A stretch of DNA of 64,000 nucleotides from Octopus sinensis (GCF_006345805.1 NC_043006.1:46872001-46936000); one strand, 5' to 3'. Shown: positions 1 through 12,899, counted from the stretch's first letter. A program made the numbers and translations. The notes: generated by a model from the sequence alone, not told the origin.

Positions 1-170
1 TATTTCAAGTTGCTCCAGTTAACTTACCACTAAAGATGTGCTGCGGGGTCACTAGTACCAAGATGTATTGACCTTGGCCTTTCCCTTGAATAGCATCAGT
101 GGCATGGAGAGAAGAGGCTGGTATGCAAGGGCGACTGCTGATCTTCATAAACAACCTTGCCTTGGAGGGT
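1..170 (-). mobile_element. Retroposon (SINE-like) body fragment
   Basis: The minus strand reads GGCAAGGTTGTTTATGAAGATCAGCAGTCGCC...ACTGGAGCAACTTGAAATA, which I recognise as a dispersed cephalopod repeat. No second copy lies in this window. Confidence 0.4.
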
Positions 171-894
171 AACTTTCTAGGTGCAATGCCATGGTCATTC
201 ATGACCGAAGGGCGTCTTTACAATTGTGTTCATGTTGCAGAATTTCATGTATTTTACCTCTTTTGGAATGTTTCATATTTATTAGAAGGTTTACATTCAG
301 GTTCAGAATTTAGCATAATTTCATCTCTCGAATTTTCAAAATATTAAGAATTTTCGATAATTTGCCCATATGATTATAGACAGGAATATGGCGGAAGATT
401 GCGGGAAAGGACAAACAACGAAGAAATTATAATATCTACATGTGTGTATGGAGGGTTTGAAGATCTCAGATGTTTCATATAGATTTTCGACTAAGTGTAT
501 AAATATGGTCGCTTTTTATAAGGTAAGACAGGCGGCAGCTTAACTTACGAATGATAGTTATTATTTGAGGAACTTGAAAGTAGATTATTTATACTCAAAG
601 GAATAGTGAAAAATTAAACTCTGACAATATCTCTTGAAATTAAATGTTTATATAATACAAGTCCTCGACTAATTAACTACATAACAAAACATATAATTTA
701 TCATCGTAATGCTCACCAAAACTAGGAATTTAATCGTTGTGTTTGGAAAAATTGTTAACCTGGAATTGTATATGCATTTATTTGTTATATCGTTCCAATT
801 CAAGCTGTTAATGTTATACAAAATTGGTACGCAGACCGTATATATATGTATGCGTGTGTTTGTGTATGTATGTGTATATGTTTGTAGGTTGTGT

Positions 895-1075
895 GCTTGT
901 TCCCCAACATCGCTTGATAACCGATGCTGGTGTGTTTACGTCCCTGTAACTTAGCGGTTCGGCAAAAGAAACCGATAGAATAAGTACTAGGCTTACAAAG
1001 AATAAGTCCTAGGTTCGATTTGCTCGACTACAGGCGGTGCTCACGCATGGCCACAATCAAACGACTGAAACAAGA
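895..1075 (+). mobile_element. SINE family 1, 3' half
   Basis: Matches the 3' half of the full copy at 1790-2210 (CCGATGCTGGTGTGTTTACGTCC...AATAAGTACTAGGCTTACAAAG...GACTGAAACAAG). Confidence 0.85.
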
Positions 1076-1789
1076 GTATATATATATGTATATAGTTGAA
1101 AACTTTAGAAAAACAAAAGACGGAGACACTTATATGAACAAGTTAGTGCATTAGTTTGATGCTCGGGTAAAAAAAGGCATTTACATTTCTAGCTTACCCT
1201 CTTCGACAGAAGGAAATAAGAGAAAATAAAGAGAGAGAGAGACCATGAAAAAAGCTTGTAGAATTCATGTATGTGTGCGTGTGTTTGTGAGCGTTTGTGT
1301 GTGTGTGTGGGGGGCCGTAATCAGTGAGTCAATCAATTATAACGTTTACACGTATTCCTGTATTTGTATGTATGCGTAGCGATCGTTAAAATGAATACAC
1401 ATTTTTAAATCTTTGAAGATGTATCCTGATTTTTGCAAATGTACATGTAGGAAGAAAATATAACTCACTACAGTCCCGTCTGCACTGTGCACACGCTAAC
1501 TGCCTGCTATTTGGAAAAATTTGCACGTACACTGGGAGGGGACCATGTCTGTCATTGTGCGATATCATCAAACAATGACCGCCTAGATTGGTTGCATTGC
1601 TCATCTTCATTTCAAATGCCCGACGATTCTCAACTAACATTGTAGAAGAACGTTAAACTTCAAGGTATTTGTTTTATGAAAATAGTGCATCTGTACCGAA
1701 ATGCAAGACAATTGAGAAAGAGAATGCAGACAAGAATATTAAATGTAACGTTAGAATTAAGAGGAGCAAAGAGTAGATATGAATGTATA

Positions 1790-1960
1790 GGCACAAGAGT
1801 GGCTGAGTGGTAAGTATCTTGCTAACCAACCACATGGTTCCGGGTTCAGTCCCATTGCGTGGCATTTTGGGCAAGTGTCTTCTTCTATAGCCTCGGGCCG
1901 ACCAAAGCCTTTTGAGTGGATTTGGTAGACGGAAACTGAAAGAAGCCCGTCGTATATATG

Positions 1961-1993
<33 letters not shown>

Positions 1994-2210
1994 ATGTGTG
2001 TGTGTGTGTTTTTGACCTCCCCCAACAGGGCTTGATAACCGATGCTGGTGTGTTTACGTCCCCGTAACTTAGCGGTTCAGCAAAAGAGAATAATAGAATA
2101 AGTACTAGTCTTACAAAGAATAAGTCCTTGGGGTCGATTTGCTCGACTAAAAGGCGGTGCTCCAGCATGGCCGCAGTCAAATGACTGAAAAAAGTAAAAG
2201 AGTAAAAGAG
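1790..2210 (+). mobile_element. SINE family 1, full length (tRNA-derived head, internal (TA)n(TG)n)
   Basis: A-box-like GTGGCTGAGTGG, B-box-like GGTTCAGTCCC, body GGGCAAGTGTCTTCT..., internal microsatellite and (AGTAAAAG)n tail. About 10 related copies occur in the window. Confidence 0.9.
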
Positions 2211-3119
2211 TGTGCATAGATATACGCTTGTGATTGTGAGCGTTTGTACCTTTGAGGCAAAGAGACTGACTGGGAGGGGGAGAAAGAGCAAGAGAGGGGG
2301 AAAAGAAAAACAAAGATAGACAGATTGAAAGACAGAGAGATAGAAAGACATACAAACAGTTAGACGGAATAGGCTGGCGATTAGAAAGATGGTTTACAGA
2401 AAAATACATACGATCAAGAGATAAAGAGAATTTAGCAGAGAAACATAATAGGTGGATAAAATCGTATAGTGTATAGTTCTGAAACGCCATTTCAAAGTAT
2501 CCCCATTGGATTATATAGTATTATTATGCAAGAAAATAATCTTTTTTTGATCAGGTTTCATAAAAAAAATTTTGATTGTGTTTCTTATAGAGTATCTTTT
2601 CTTCCATTTTGCATTGTATATCATCATTTCCTTTCTTAATATTTTCTTGACAATTTACATAAATTTCTTATTTTTAGAATGTCTAGTATTGGTTTACTTT
2701 ATAAGGAACCAACATGCCCGGAAATCAATAGTCTATAGTTTCCTGACTTAGAAATAGGTATATATTTCGTTTAAATAAAACATTTTTTTCTAAAAGTAAT
2801 ATATATGTTAAAGTGTTTATAGTGCTATGCGGTAGTCAGTCTTTGAGATTTAAAAAAGTAAAAAAAAAAAAAACGTAAGTCAAATTCAGCATTCCATTCA
2901 CAGCCATTCAAAGGGAAGATCACAAAACCTCATACACACCTACACAAAGAGAAATGCGCAGCGATATACACTGTTATATATAAATAAATGGTCGCACACC
3001 CTTCATACCTACATGTGCATACATAATCATATAAGTTTTCTATGTATGTATGTATGTATCTAACTGTCTATCAATCTATCCGTTTAACACTTTCAGTGTA
3101 TATATTCTTTTCTTTTTTT

Positions 3120-3313
3120 TTCTTTTACTTGTTTCAGTCATTTGGCTGCGGCCATGCTGGAGCACCGCCTTTAGTCGAGCAAATCGACCCCGGAACTTAT
3201 TCTTTGTAAGCCCAGTACTTATTCTATCGGTCTCTTTTTGCCGAACCGCTAACTGACGGGGACATAAACACACCAGCATCGGTTGTCAAGCAATGCTAGG
3301 GGGACAAACACAG

Positions 3314-3364
<51 letters not shown>

Positions 3365-3533
3365 GTGTGTATACGACAGGCTTCTTTCAGTTTCCGTCTA
3401 CCAAATCCACTCACAAGGCATTGGTCGGCCCGGGGCTATAGCAGAAGACACTTGCCCAAGATGCCACGCAGTGGGACTGGACACGGAAACATGTGGTTGG
3501 TTAGCAAGCTACTTACCACACACCCACTCCTGC
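3120..3533 (-). mobile_element. SINE family 1, full length
   Basis: Reverse-complement match to 1790-2210 along its whole length. Confidence 0.9.
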
Positions 3534-3549
3534 ATATAAATATGTATGC

Positions 3550-3590
<41 letters not shown>

Positions 3591-3591
<1 letters not shown>

Positions 3592-4738
3592 TAGCTGAAG
3601 GTGACCCGCTCTACGCGCGGGTATGAGTGTGGTTGTTACTTTCTGTTGCTTCCTTTCAGCACGTGAAAAGTACCATCCGAACATGGCGGATTGCAGCACC
3701 GCCTTGACTAGCTTCTGTGCCAGTGACACGTAAAAAGCACCAACCGATCGTGGCCATTGCCAGCCCCCCTGGCACCTGTGCCGGCGGCACGAAAAATGCA
3801 CCCACTACGCTCACAGAGTGGTTGGCGTTAGGAAGGGCATCCACCTGTAGAAACACTGCCAGATCAGACTGGAGCCTTGTGCAGCCTCCTGGATTCCCAG
3901 ACCCTGGTCAAACTGTCCAACCTGTGCTAGCACGGAAAACGGACGTTAAACGATGATGATGATGATTCTCCCTCTTTGTTTCTCTCTCCTTTCTCTCACT
4001 TTCCCCATTCTCTTACTCTTCCTTTCTCTCGGACTCTCCCTCGCTTTCTCTTACTCTCTATCTTTATCTATCTCTCTCCCATTTATAAACAACAGAAGAT
4101 CTTGAGTAAGTTGAGAAATAAAATATTTAGAAAGATCAATCATAAATATCAGGCAGTAACAACGGAAAGGTCTGCTTCAAGGCAGACAGCAAAACACTAA
4201 CATTTAAAAGGGACAGACGAACTTGCGAGCTGAATAAAAATAATAAAATATTGGAAACCAAAGTTTGAAGGGATAGAATCTGAGGGTAGTAGAGTCAGCG
4301 TCGCTGGCATTTCTTAACGACGGACAGCAACGTTTTGACAGTTTAACGGCTAGCGTAAAATTTTGAACTTGATGTAAAAGAAAATCCCTAAACACCAAGT
4401 TTTGAAGTGATTCTTTTTCACAACAGTAGACTCACCATGGCAAGCATTCAAAACTTCTTCATCATGGACGGCAACACATTGACGATTAAAAGGCTGGCGC
4501 AAATTTTTTAGCTTGATGTAACAGATAATTCCTAAACACCCGCTCCTTTAAATTTTAATCCCCTTCCAGCCCCATTTATACCCCTTTTCACATTTTGGTT
4601 AATATAACGTGATTTCATTCGGGTGTACTGGGGCCACATTTTATAAGATGAGGAATTTTGTCCTAGAGGTCACGCCTTTCATTTGAGGGAAAAATAGTTG
4701 TCATGCAAACTTGCCAGCACTTTTAACATAGGTCTGCA
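3591..4738 (-). mobile_element. Non-autonomous Helitron-like element (family B), 3' part
   Basis: The minus strand ends with hairpin ACCCGC-GCGTAGA-GCGGGT then CACCTTCAGCTAG|T. It is a colinear paralogue of 5480-6640. Confidence 0.8.
3657..3966 (+). mobile_element. Retroposon 3' fragment with (GAT)n tail, inside Helitron B
   Basis: Three GCACGTAAAAAGCACC-like subrepeats; ends GGAAAACGGACGTTAAACGATGATGATGAT. The same insert occupies the same position at 5546-5858. Confidence 0.7.
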
Positions 4739-5232
4739 TCTATGTATGTGTATGTGTGTATGTATGTGTGTGTATGTATGTGTGTGTATGTATGCATTTC
4801 CATTGAGTCAACCTCATTTCTACATAGCAGACCGTTACATAAACAAAGGTACATACATACATGCACACACACACATACACACACACACATACATAGATAC
4901 ATACACACATACATGCATACATACATATACACATACATGCATACACACGCACGCACTACAAAAACCGAGTAAAAAATTTCAGTTATCTCTCTCTTTCACA
5001 CAGACAGATACATAAAAGAAGGCCGTTTGTATGAAATAGAGTGAGTATTGTGTGTTGTTAGTGGTGGTGGTGGCGATGATAATTATCATTAGGAAAAAGA
5101 GTGAGTGAGTGAGGAAGACATATACATAAATTGAGACGATGATAATTCTCCCTATGAATGCAAACAGATACATCAAAGAAAGCCGCCTGACGACCTTATA
5201 AAGGCAAAGTGAAAGGGAGTTGAGGGGAATAC

Positions 5233-5479
5233 CTTAAATAACGGGAGTGGACATTGTCAACGTTATAAATAAAGGGGAGTAAGAGAGGGAAAGGAGGAAA
5301 TAGTGTGAGTGAAGAAGATGGCCCCTAGCAACCACACCTTTTAAGATAGGGATTTCTAAGGTAGCCCACGCGCATCGTCACCTCATTCTACATGTCCCTG
5401 TAAATTTTGGAGCGAATCGTAGTGGCATTGAAAGCGATCCAAGCGGTAAAAACGCATTTCAGTTTTATATATAGAGACT
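5233..5479 (-). mobile_element. Helitron-like 5' module (family C)
   Basis: The minus strand starts TCTCTATATATATAAAACTG at 5479, the 5' signature also seen at 6888 and 20668. About 215 bp recur at 8237-8455. Confidence 0.7.
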
Positions 5480-6680
5480 AGCTGAAGGTGACCCGCTCTA
5501 CGCGCGGGTAAGAGTGTGGGTGTTACTTTCTGTTGCTTCCTTTCAGCACGTAAAAAGCACCATCCGAACGTGGCCGATTGCAGCACCGCCTTGACTTGCT
5601 TCTGTGCCGGTGGCACGTAAAAAGCACCAACCGATCGTTGCCACTGCGAGCCCCCCTGGCACCAGTGCCGGCGGCACGAAAATAGCACTCACTACACTCA
5701 CAGAGTGGTTGGCGTTATGAAGGGCATCCACCTGTAGAAACACTGCCAGATCAGACTGGAGCCTGGTGCAGCCTCCTGGCTTCCGAGACCCCGGTCATAC
5801 TGCCCAACCCGTGTTAGCACGGAAAACGGACGTTAAACGATGATGATGATGATGATGATTCTCCGTATTTGTTTCTCTCTCCTTTCTCTATCACTTTCCC
5901 ACTCTCTTACTTTTCTTTTCTCTCGGACTCTCCCTCGCTTTCTCTTACTCTCTATCTTTATCTATCTCTCTCCCATTTATAAACAACAGAAGATCTTGAG
6001 TAAGTTGAGAAAAAAAATATTTAGAAAGATCAATCAGAAATATGAGGCAGTGGCAATGGAAAGGTCTGCTTCAAGGCAGACAGCAAAACACTAACATTTA
6101 AAAGGGACAGACGAACTTGCGAGCTGAATAAAAATAATAAAATATTGGAAACCAAAGTTTGAAGGGATAGAATCTGAGGATAGTAGAGTCACCATGGTTG
6201 GCATTTCTTAACGACGGACAGCAACGTAGTGACAGTTTAACGGCTGGCGTAAAATTTTGAACTTGATGTAAAAGAAAATTCGTAAACACCAAGTTTTGAA
6301 GTGATTCTTTCTCACGACAGTAGACTCACCATGGCAAGCATTCAAAACTTCTTTATCATGGACGGCAACACATTGAAGATTAAAAGGCCGGCGCAAATTT
6401 TTTAGCTTGATGTAACAGAGAATTCCTAAACACCCACTCCTTAAAATTTTAATCCCCTTCCAGCCCCATTTAGACCCCTTTTCACATTTTGGTTAATATA
6501 ACCCGATTTCATTCGGGTCTACTGGGGCCACACTTTAAAAGATGAGGAATTTTGTCCTAGAGGTGACGCCTTTCATTTGAGGAACAAAATAGTTGTCATG
6601 CAAACTTGTCAGCACCTTTAACATAGGTGTGCATATTTTCAGCTGAATCGACCGACTACGTACTGCACACATTATATATA
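5480..6680 (-). mobile_element. Non-autonomous Helitron-like element (family B)
   Basis: 3' hairpin plus CTAG at 5480-5483. The 5' end runs into a TA-rich tract near 6670-6680. High similarity to 3591-4738. Confidence 0.8.
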
Positions 6681-6682
6681 TT

Positions 6683-6746
<64 letters not shown>

Positions 6747-6887
6747 CACGCATTATATATACAAATATATACAAATGAGATATATATCTGTATAAATTAA
6801 ATTAGAGATAAAACCACTAATAGGCAAATCAAACAGTGAAAAACCAAAAACAAAAACAAAAAAAGAAAATATAACATAGAAAATATA

Positions 6888-7386
6888 TCTATATATATAA
6901 AACTGTAGTTGTGTGAGTGTCTGTCCCCTTCGATTTAGGTTCCTAACTACTCCCACATTTTGCGGTGCAGTTTAACCAAATTCGGGTATCTTATAGTCGT
7001 GATTCATATCGAGCCCGTCTGGCTATTAGCGCGCGTCTACGATGAGTCTACGATTTTAAAAATAATTTAACATCATTTTTTATTCCATTTTAATGCATAA
7101 TTTTTCGTGTGTCGATGGCGGCGGAGTTGGCGTCCACGGTCACATCTGCACCTGTTTGCTTCTTCCTCGTGAAGCTGTGGGGAAGGGAGTGTAAGGAAAT
7201 CAACGTCGTAAAGCGTTGTCAAGGAGACCAGCGTTCTTTTAGAACAACGGCTTCATGGCTTGAAGACACCAAAACAGAAATGGCTAAGAAAGCCCGAATT
7301 GGCATCTATAAGGGAAGTAACTCTCTAAAAATGCTTATATAGTTATTTCCCTTACAAACCCGAGCAACACCGGGCGATACTGCTAG
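6888..7386 (+). mobile_element. Non-autonomous Helitron (family D), unit 1
   Basis: Starts A|TCTATATATATAAAACTG; ends with hairpin CCCGAGCAACACCGGG then CGATACTGCTAG. Confidence 0.85.
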
Positions 7387-7785
7387 TCTTTATATATAAA
7401 AGTAAGGTTGTGTGTCTGTCTCCTACGATTTAGATTCCTAACCACTCCCACATTTTGCGGTGCAGTGTAACCAAAACCGGGTATCTTATAGTCGTGATTC
7501 ATATCGAGCCCTTCTGGGTATTAGCGCGCGTCTACGATGAGTCTACGATTTAAAAAAAAATTACCATCATTTTTTATTCCATTTTAATGCATTTTTCGCT
7601 ATCATATAAGGGAAGTAACTCTCTAAAAATGTCTACGATGAGTCAACGATTTAAAAAAAAATTACTTTCATTTTTTATTCCATTTTTAATGCATTTTTTG
7701 CTATTTTTTTTTGCTATAACTCACTAAAAATGCTTATAAAGTTATTTCTCTTTCAAACCCGAGCAACGCCGGGCGATACTGCTAG
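7387..7785 (+). mobile_element. Non-autonomous Helitron (family D), unit 2
   Basis: Starts TCTTTATATATAAAAG directly after the CTAG of unit 1; ends CCCGAGCAACGCCGGGCGATACTGCTAG|T. Confidence 0.85.
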
Positions 7786-7932
7786 TAAAATATAAAATTG
7801 AAAACTTTAAATTATTTAAATTGAAAATAAAAATTATTAAATTATATTTATAATTTGTTTAAAAATATATATAACTATGAAAAAGTATGAAAAAGTTTAA
7901 TATACATAAATACAGATATATACACTTTGTAT

Positions 7933-8080
7933 ATATACATTATATATACATATTTATATATAGAACACACACACACACACACATACATTATATATACATA
8001 TTTATATATAGAACACACACACACACACATACATTATATATACATATTTATATATAGAACACACACACACACACACATAA
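7933..8080. repeat. Three-copy ~45-50 bp minisatellite
   Basis: Unit ACATTATATATACATATTTATATATAGA(AC)n repeated three times. Confidence 0.8.
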
Positions 8081-8236
8081 ATGAACGCAAGAATATCTGA
8101 TTCATAATATTTGTTCTCATGCTCGTGTGTTGTTTGTTGGTGACAGACATATACTTAAAAGAACGTCGCCGAAGTGATAGGAAGGTAGGAAACAGAGTCA
8201 GTGAAAAAGAAAGGAAATAGCGATAGTGACAGATAC

Positions 8237-8455
8237 TTTAAATAACGGTAGTGGACTTCTGAAAGTTATGAAGAGTAAGAGAGGGAAAGGAGGAAATAGG
8301 GTGAGTGAGGAAGATGGCCCCTAGCAACCACACCTTTTAAGATAGGGATTTCTAAGGTAGCCCACGCGCATCGTCACCTCATTCTACATGTTCCTGTAAA
8401 TTTTGGAGCGAATCGGACGGGATGTAGTGGCATTGAAAGCGATCCAAGCGGTAAA
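8237..8455 (-). mobile_element. Helitron family C fragment
   Basis: Close match to 5233-5450 (GATGGCCCCTAGCAACCACACC...GATCCAAGCGGTAAA). Confidence 0.75.
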
Positions 8456-8514
8456 TATATGCACGTACATATATTTCTTTACTGCCCACAAGTGGCTAAA
8501 CACAGAGGGGGTTC

Positions 8515-8935
8515 ATACATATATGTATGTACATACATACATATATATATATTTATATTCATATATATATGTACATACATACATATATACATATATAAAT
8601 ACATACATTCTTACATATATGTATACATACATATATAAATATATACATACTTACATATATGTATACATACATATATATATTCATACATGTGATATATATA
8701 TATATATACAAATATATATACATGCGTATGTATGTATACGCATCAAGAATAGAGTCCAGTGATCCTAATACATCTGTTTTGTACACCACCCGCCTTCGTC
8801 CTTTGGTTTTTTCGTAAACTCTCCTTATATGTATACGCACATTCACACGCACACATCCATATGCATACACACACACACACACACACACACACATATCTAC
8901 ATATAATTATGCATATATATACGTATATATATGAA
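8515..8935. repeat. Compound (TA)/(TACA)/(CA) microsatellite region
   Basis: Direct inspection. Confidence 0.85.
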
Positions 8936-10461
8936 TAATACTGAAATCGAAATATGAAATGATATCTATTTCGCTAGGTATTATATACATATTATATAAT
9001 ATCTTCGCATTGTTTAATGCAATATTCAGAGAAGGCAATATTCAGAGAAGTCATAGCAATCTGAGTGAAGGATAATCTCAGACATATAATCAGATTGATT
9101 CATCTACGTAATTTACGCTTGTTTAACACGAGATTTTGATGTTTTCGCCCGTCCATCAATGTATGGTTGTATTTATGCGAATGATTTCGAGTGTGTGCAT
9201 ATGCGTTGTTTTCTGTGCTTCTGTACTTGTTAGATCAGAATATAGTGTTATTGGAACAGTGTATAGATATTCTAACAATCGTTCGATGGTTCTTACTAAT
9301 TTCCTGTGTTCTTTAGTGAAGCAATGCCAACAACTTTACCGCTCAGTGCGTCATCCTATATTTGGTATTCGGTGAATGAGACAGCTTTGATGAATCTGTT
9401 TTGATGAATGTCTCTTACTGTGGTATACTTACATCCGAGATCATATAATGTATATAAATTGTTGTTAGTTCTTTGACATCCCATAGTTTTTGTAGATATT
9501 GCGGAGCGGATATTCTATTTATTGTTATTGTGTATCCTTGAACGTTTATTTATATTTTCTTAGGCTGTGCATTATATTTATCGCCACATCTATTGCATCA
9601 TGACACGAAACAAACAAAGGAAGGATAATATTTGAGCTATATTTAGTTGCTATTTCTGATGGAGTAGAGGCGCACCAGTTGCATTCATATATGAATTTTG
9701 CCGGAGCCTGTTGAAAATGGAAAAAAAAGGGGTCCGTTCAGAACTAAATACTGGATGTTCATGCTACGAGAATGTTTCTGTGCGTGTAAATGTATCATAA
9801 ACCCCAAGTAATATTTATGGAGCGCAGTTTAGCTGCATTTTTTGTGCAATAAATACAAAATTACGTAGTTTAACATCCTCAATCGCAAGCATATCGCAAT
9901 TAACTTTTTCCATTTGATCTTGTAAATATGAAATACCCTCATGTAGCAAATGCCCTAGGGAATTGAAACTATGAGGACATTTTGAACGTATAACGTCGTA
10001 GCTGGAAAACAATTTAGTTAGTAATTTCCTTTCTATTATTTTCTTATCTTCTAACTCGTTCTCTGTATGATTGTGGACTGACAAATGCTATGTTTGATTC
10101 TTACTTGATAAAGATATTTTGATGTATGTTTTCGTGTCGGTATCTTATTTAGTTATTTAGTTTATGTATTGTAGAAAATGACATTGGTAACATGTAAGGA
10201 AAATATGTTTTTCTTTCCCGAAACTGAAGTACTTGGATTAGTTTACATCATATATACAGAAAACCGATTGGTATATAGCTTTATGTCTTCGTTTATCTAA
10301 AGGGTATACGTGAAAGAATGTAGATTATAGATTAACGATTTTTCTCAATGTTTAGTAACTGTGTAGACACAGATAACGTCTCTAATAGCTGTATTTGTAT
10401 AACGTCTTAATGCCGCCAAAATGTATATTAAATTTCGCATTATCTCCATTAAACTAAAATA

Positions 10462-11027
10462 TTCGGTTGTCTGGAAAGTTCGTGCTGGTTTCTAAAGGAA
10501 AGAAAAAGGTCAATAAATACTTGCCATTACATTTTTAATCAACCAAATATGAACCATTTTGTTCCACAACGCGTTTCCATCTTTCCTTTAACTTGAAAAT
10601 ACCCTCTTCCCAGAATTGATGGGATTTCATGGCAAAAAATTCATCAACATATCTTTTTACGTCATCCAAGGAATTGAAATGTTTACCATTAAGACTATTC
10701 TGCAGATACCTGAATAAGTGGAAGTCCGAAGGAGCAATATTTGGTGAATATGGAGAGTGAGGTAACACATCCCCGCCGAGCTGCAGCAATTTTTGTCTGG
10801 TTCCTAAATCATCAAATGCCGAAAATGAACTTTCTCATCTTCCATTTTAAAGGGTTACAGAATTAATACAGGTTATAGGAACATAAACTTTCTTCCACGA
10901 AAAGATAGCTTAAACTGTGCTCTAAATGGAGGTGTAGTCAAATCCTATTTTATGGACTCAACCGTGTTCTAAAATAAGTGGGAATTTAAGCTACTATAAA
11001 TCGGCACGAACTTTCCGGACAACCCAA
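10462..11027 (-). mobile_element. Mariner deletion derivative (566 bp)
   Basis: ~30 bp TIRs TTGGGTTGTCCGGAAAGTTCGTGCCGATTT with TA on both flanks; carries the transposase C-terminus. Confidence 0.92.
10535..10789 (-). pseudogene. Mariner transposase C-terminal fragment
   Basis: VLPHSPYSPNIAPSDFHLF matches the mariner YSPDLAPSDYHLF motif; ends ERWKRVVEQNGSYLVD. Confidence 0.9.
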
Positions 11028-12899
11028 TACATTAATTGCAGATAGAACTGTATCTATTGATGATCGCTTGGGTGGAATGTAGCACCTTTAAGAGTAATAG
11101 TTTAAAATAATTTCAAATTACCAATTTCAGAAATGACAGAAAAACTGCATTATCCTCTATTAACACAATGTAGGAAATGTATGCTTCAGTTTGGCCAATC
11201 ATACAATAAGTATACCATTGTTCCATACATATAATTGTAAACATAATCATTTCTAAGGATTCTTATTCGACCTATATAATATCAGAATTATTTTGTCTTT
11301 CTATATGTTCATGGCAATAGTTTAAGAATATTATAAGAGAATACTTTCCATAAACAAACTGACTCAACCTAAATACTTGTTGCCATGCAAGATTTGAGTA
11401 ATCGTCAAGATGTGTGTATGTATATGGGTGTATGTATATGTCTATATACAAAAGGTTTACGTTTGTGTGCATGGTATGTACGTGTGTCTGTCTGCGTGTG
11501 GTACTGTGTGTTTATGAACGAGTGCAGAAACGGCGTGCATTTATGTGTGTCTTATAACATTATAAAATACATAAATGTAATTACGAGATCTCAAACTATT
11601 CGTTGCTTTAACTATATACGATTTAAATAACCATAACAAGTGAAATAATTCACTGGTCTTTCTTTATCAAATATCTCTTTTTATTGAGGTTTTCTGAAAG
11701 CTAGCAGGATTTCAAGCTAACATGATCAACGTGACGCTGGGATTTATTCAATTGCAAGCACACAGAGAAAATGCGATACAGACTTTAATTAAATTTTGTC
11801 GACCACATGATAGATACTTAAATATCGTTTCCCATAGAATTAAATTCCAACTGGGTGTGATTTAAGAGGATAGAGTTACAGTGTTCACTTCACATCATTA
11901 TTTTTCGAAGTTATATTTTATGTAAGTATGAAGGAAATTTCATTAATTAATTTAAGATATTCTTCTCCTATTCGTCTCTCAAACAACTGTTGGCGAACGT
12001 TTCGCTACCTAAGACTCATATAACGCATTCATTGCTATAACATGGAGAAAGATTCACGCTTCTAAATCAACTGCCATTGATTTCCTCACGTTTGCTTTAT
12101 AATCATTAACAAATAACAGAGGAAAGAATAAAAAAAATATGACAACCTAAGAAAGTAAAAAAATTAGAAGATTTATAACAAACCATAACATTTGTTGTTT
12201 TTTTTTCGTCTTGCAGTTAATAGGCTACTACTACTACTGCTGCTGCGACTTACACAAGAACAACTGTCGCCTCTAATAGTACCGTCGCTATAAGTTTTAG
12301 CATGAATATCACGAACCCAACTTTCTTTACAACTACCACTAACAAAGCAAACGACGACGCTGCGGCTGCCTTTCCTACCCACTCCTCCCCCCCCCTTACA
12401 TCCCCACCTCCTTTCCTCCTCCACTCATTCTCCCTCTCTCTCTTCCGCATTCTCCTCCTTCCTCCTCCTGCTACTGCTGCCGCCGCCGCTAATGCTACTA
12501 TAACAAAACCGACAGTATTAGTATTATTCTGGTTATGAAAAGTGCATCCTGCGATGCTTATTATAAATCTAAGAGTGGGCAAAAGTTAATTTTATATCCA
12601 TAGATTAAGTGGATAAAATACAAAAGTACATTATGTATATGATTAAGTTATAAAACGTGAAGACTGAAATAGAAGATGAAGTCGAGAAAACCATTGGCTA
12701 AGTCTGGTAGGAGCACTCCACATTTCTGTTCGGCCACTTTCCTTCAAAGCGACAATTTTAACAACTTCTGTTTTGAGACAGAAAACCGATACATACCACA
12801 ATTATTTTCGGTTTTTATTGGTTGTACTAAGGTTCTTTTATTGCTTTTTTCTAATAAGATTTTTTTGGTTTTGTTTATTTTATTTTATTTTTTAGATTT

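Noticed and set aside
1790-1860. tRNA genes at the SINE heads (also 16516, 22606, 33814, 43678)
   Set aside because: A/B boxes are present, but there is no complete cloverleaf and each continues into a repeat body.
9815-10084. ORF with faint resemblance to a Cys-loop receptor N-terminus (ERKLLTKLFSSYD)
   Set aside because: No RPV motif, Cys-loop or transmembrane segments, no ATG start and no good splice sites; likely chance.
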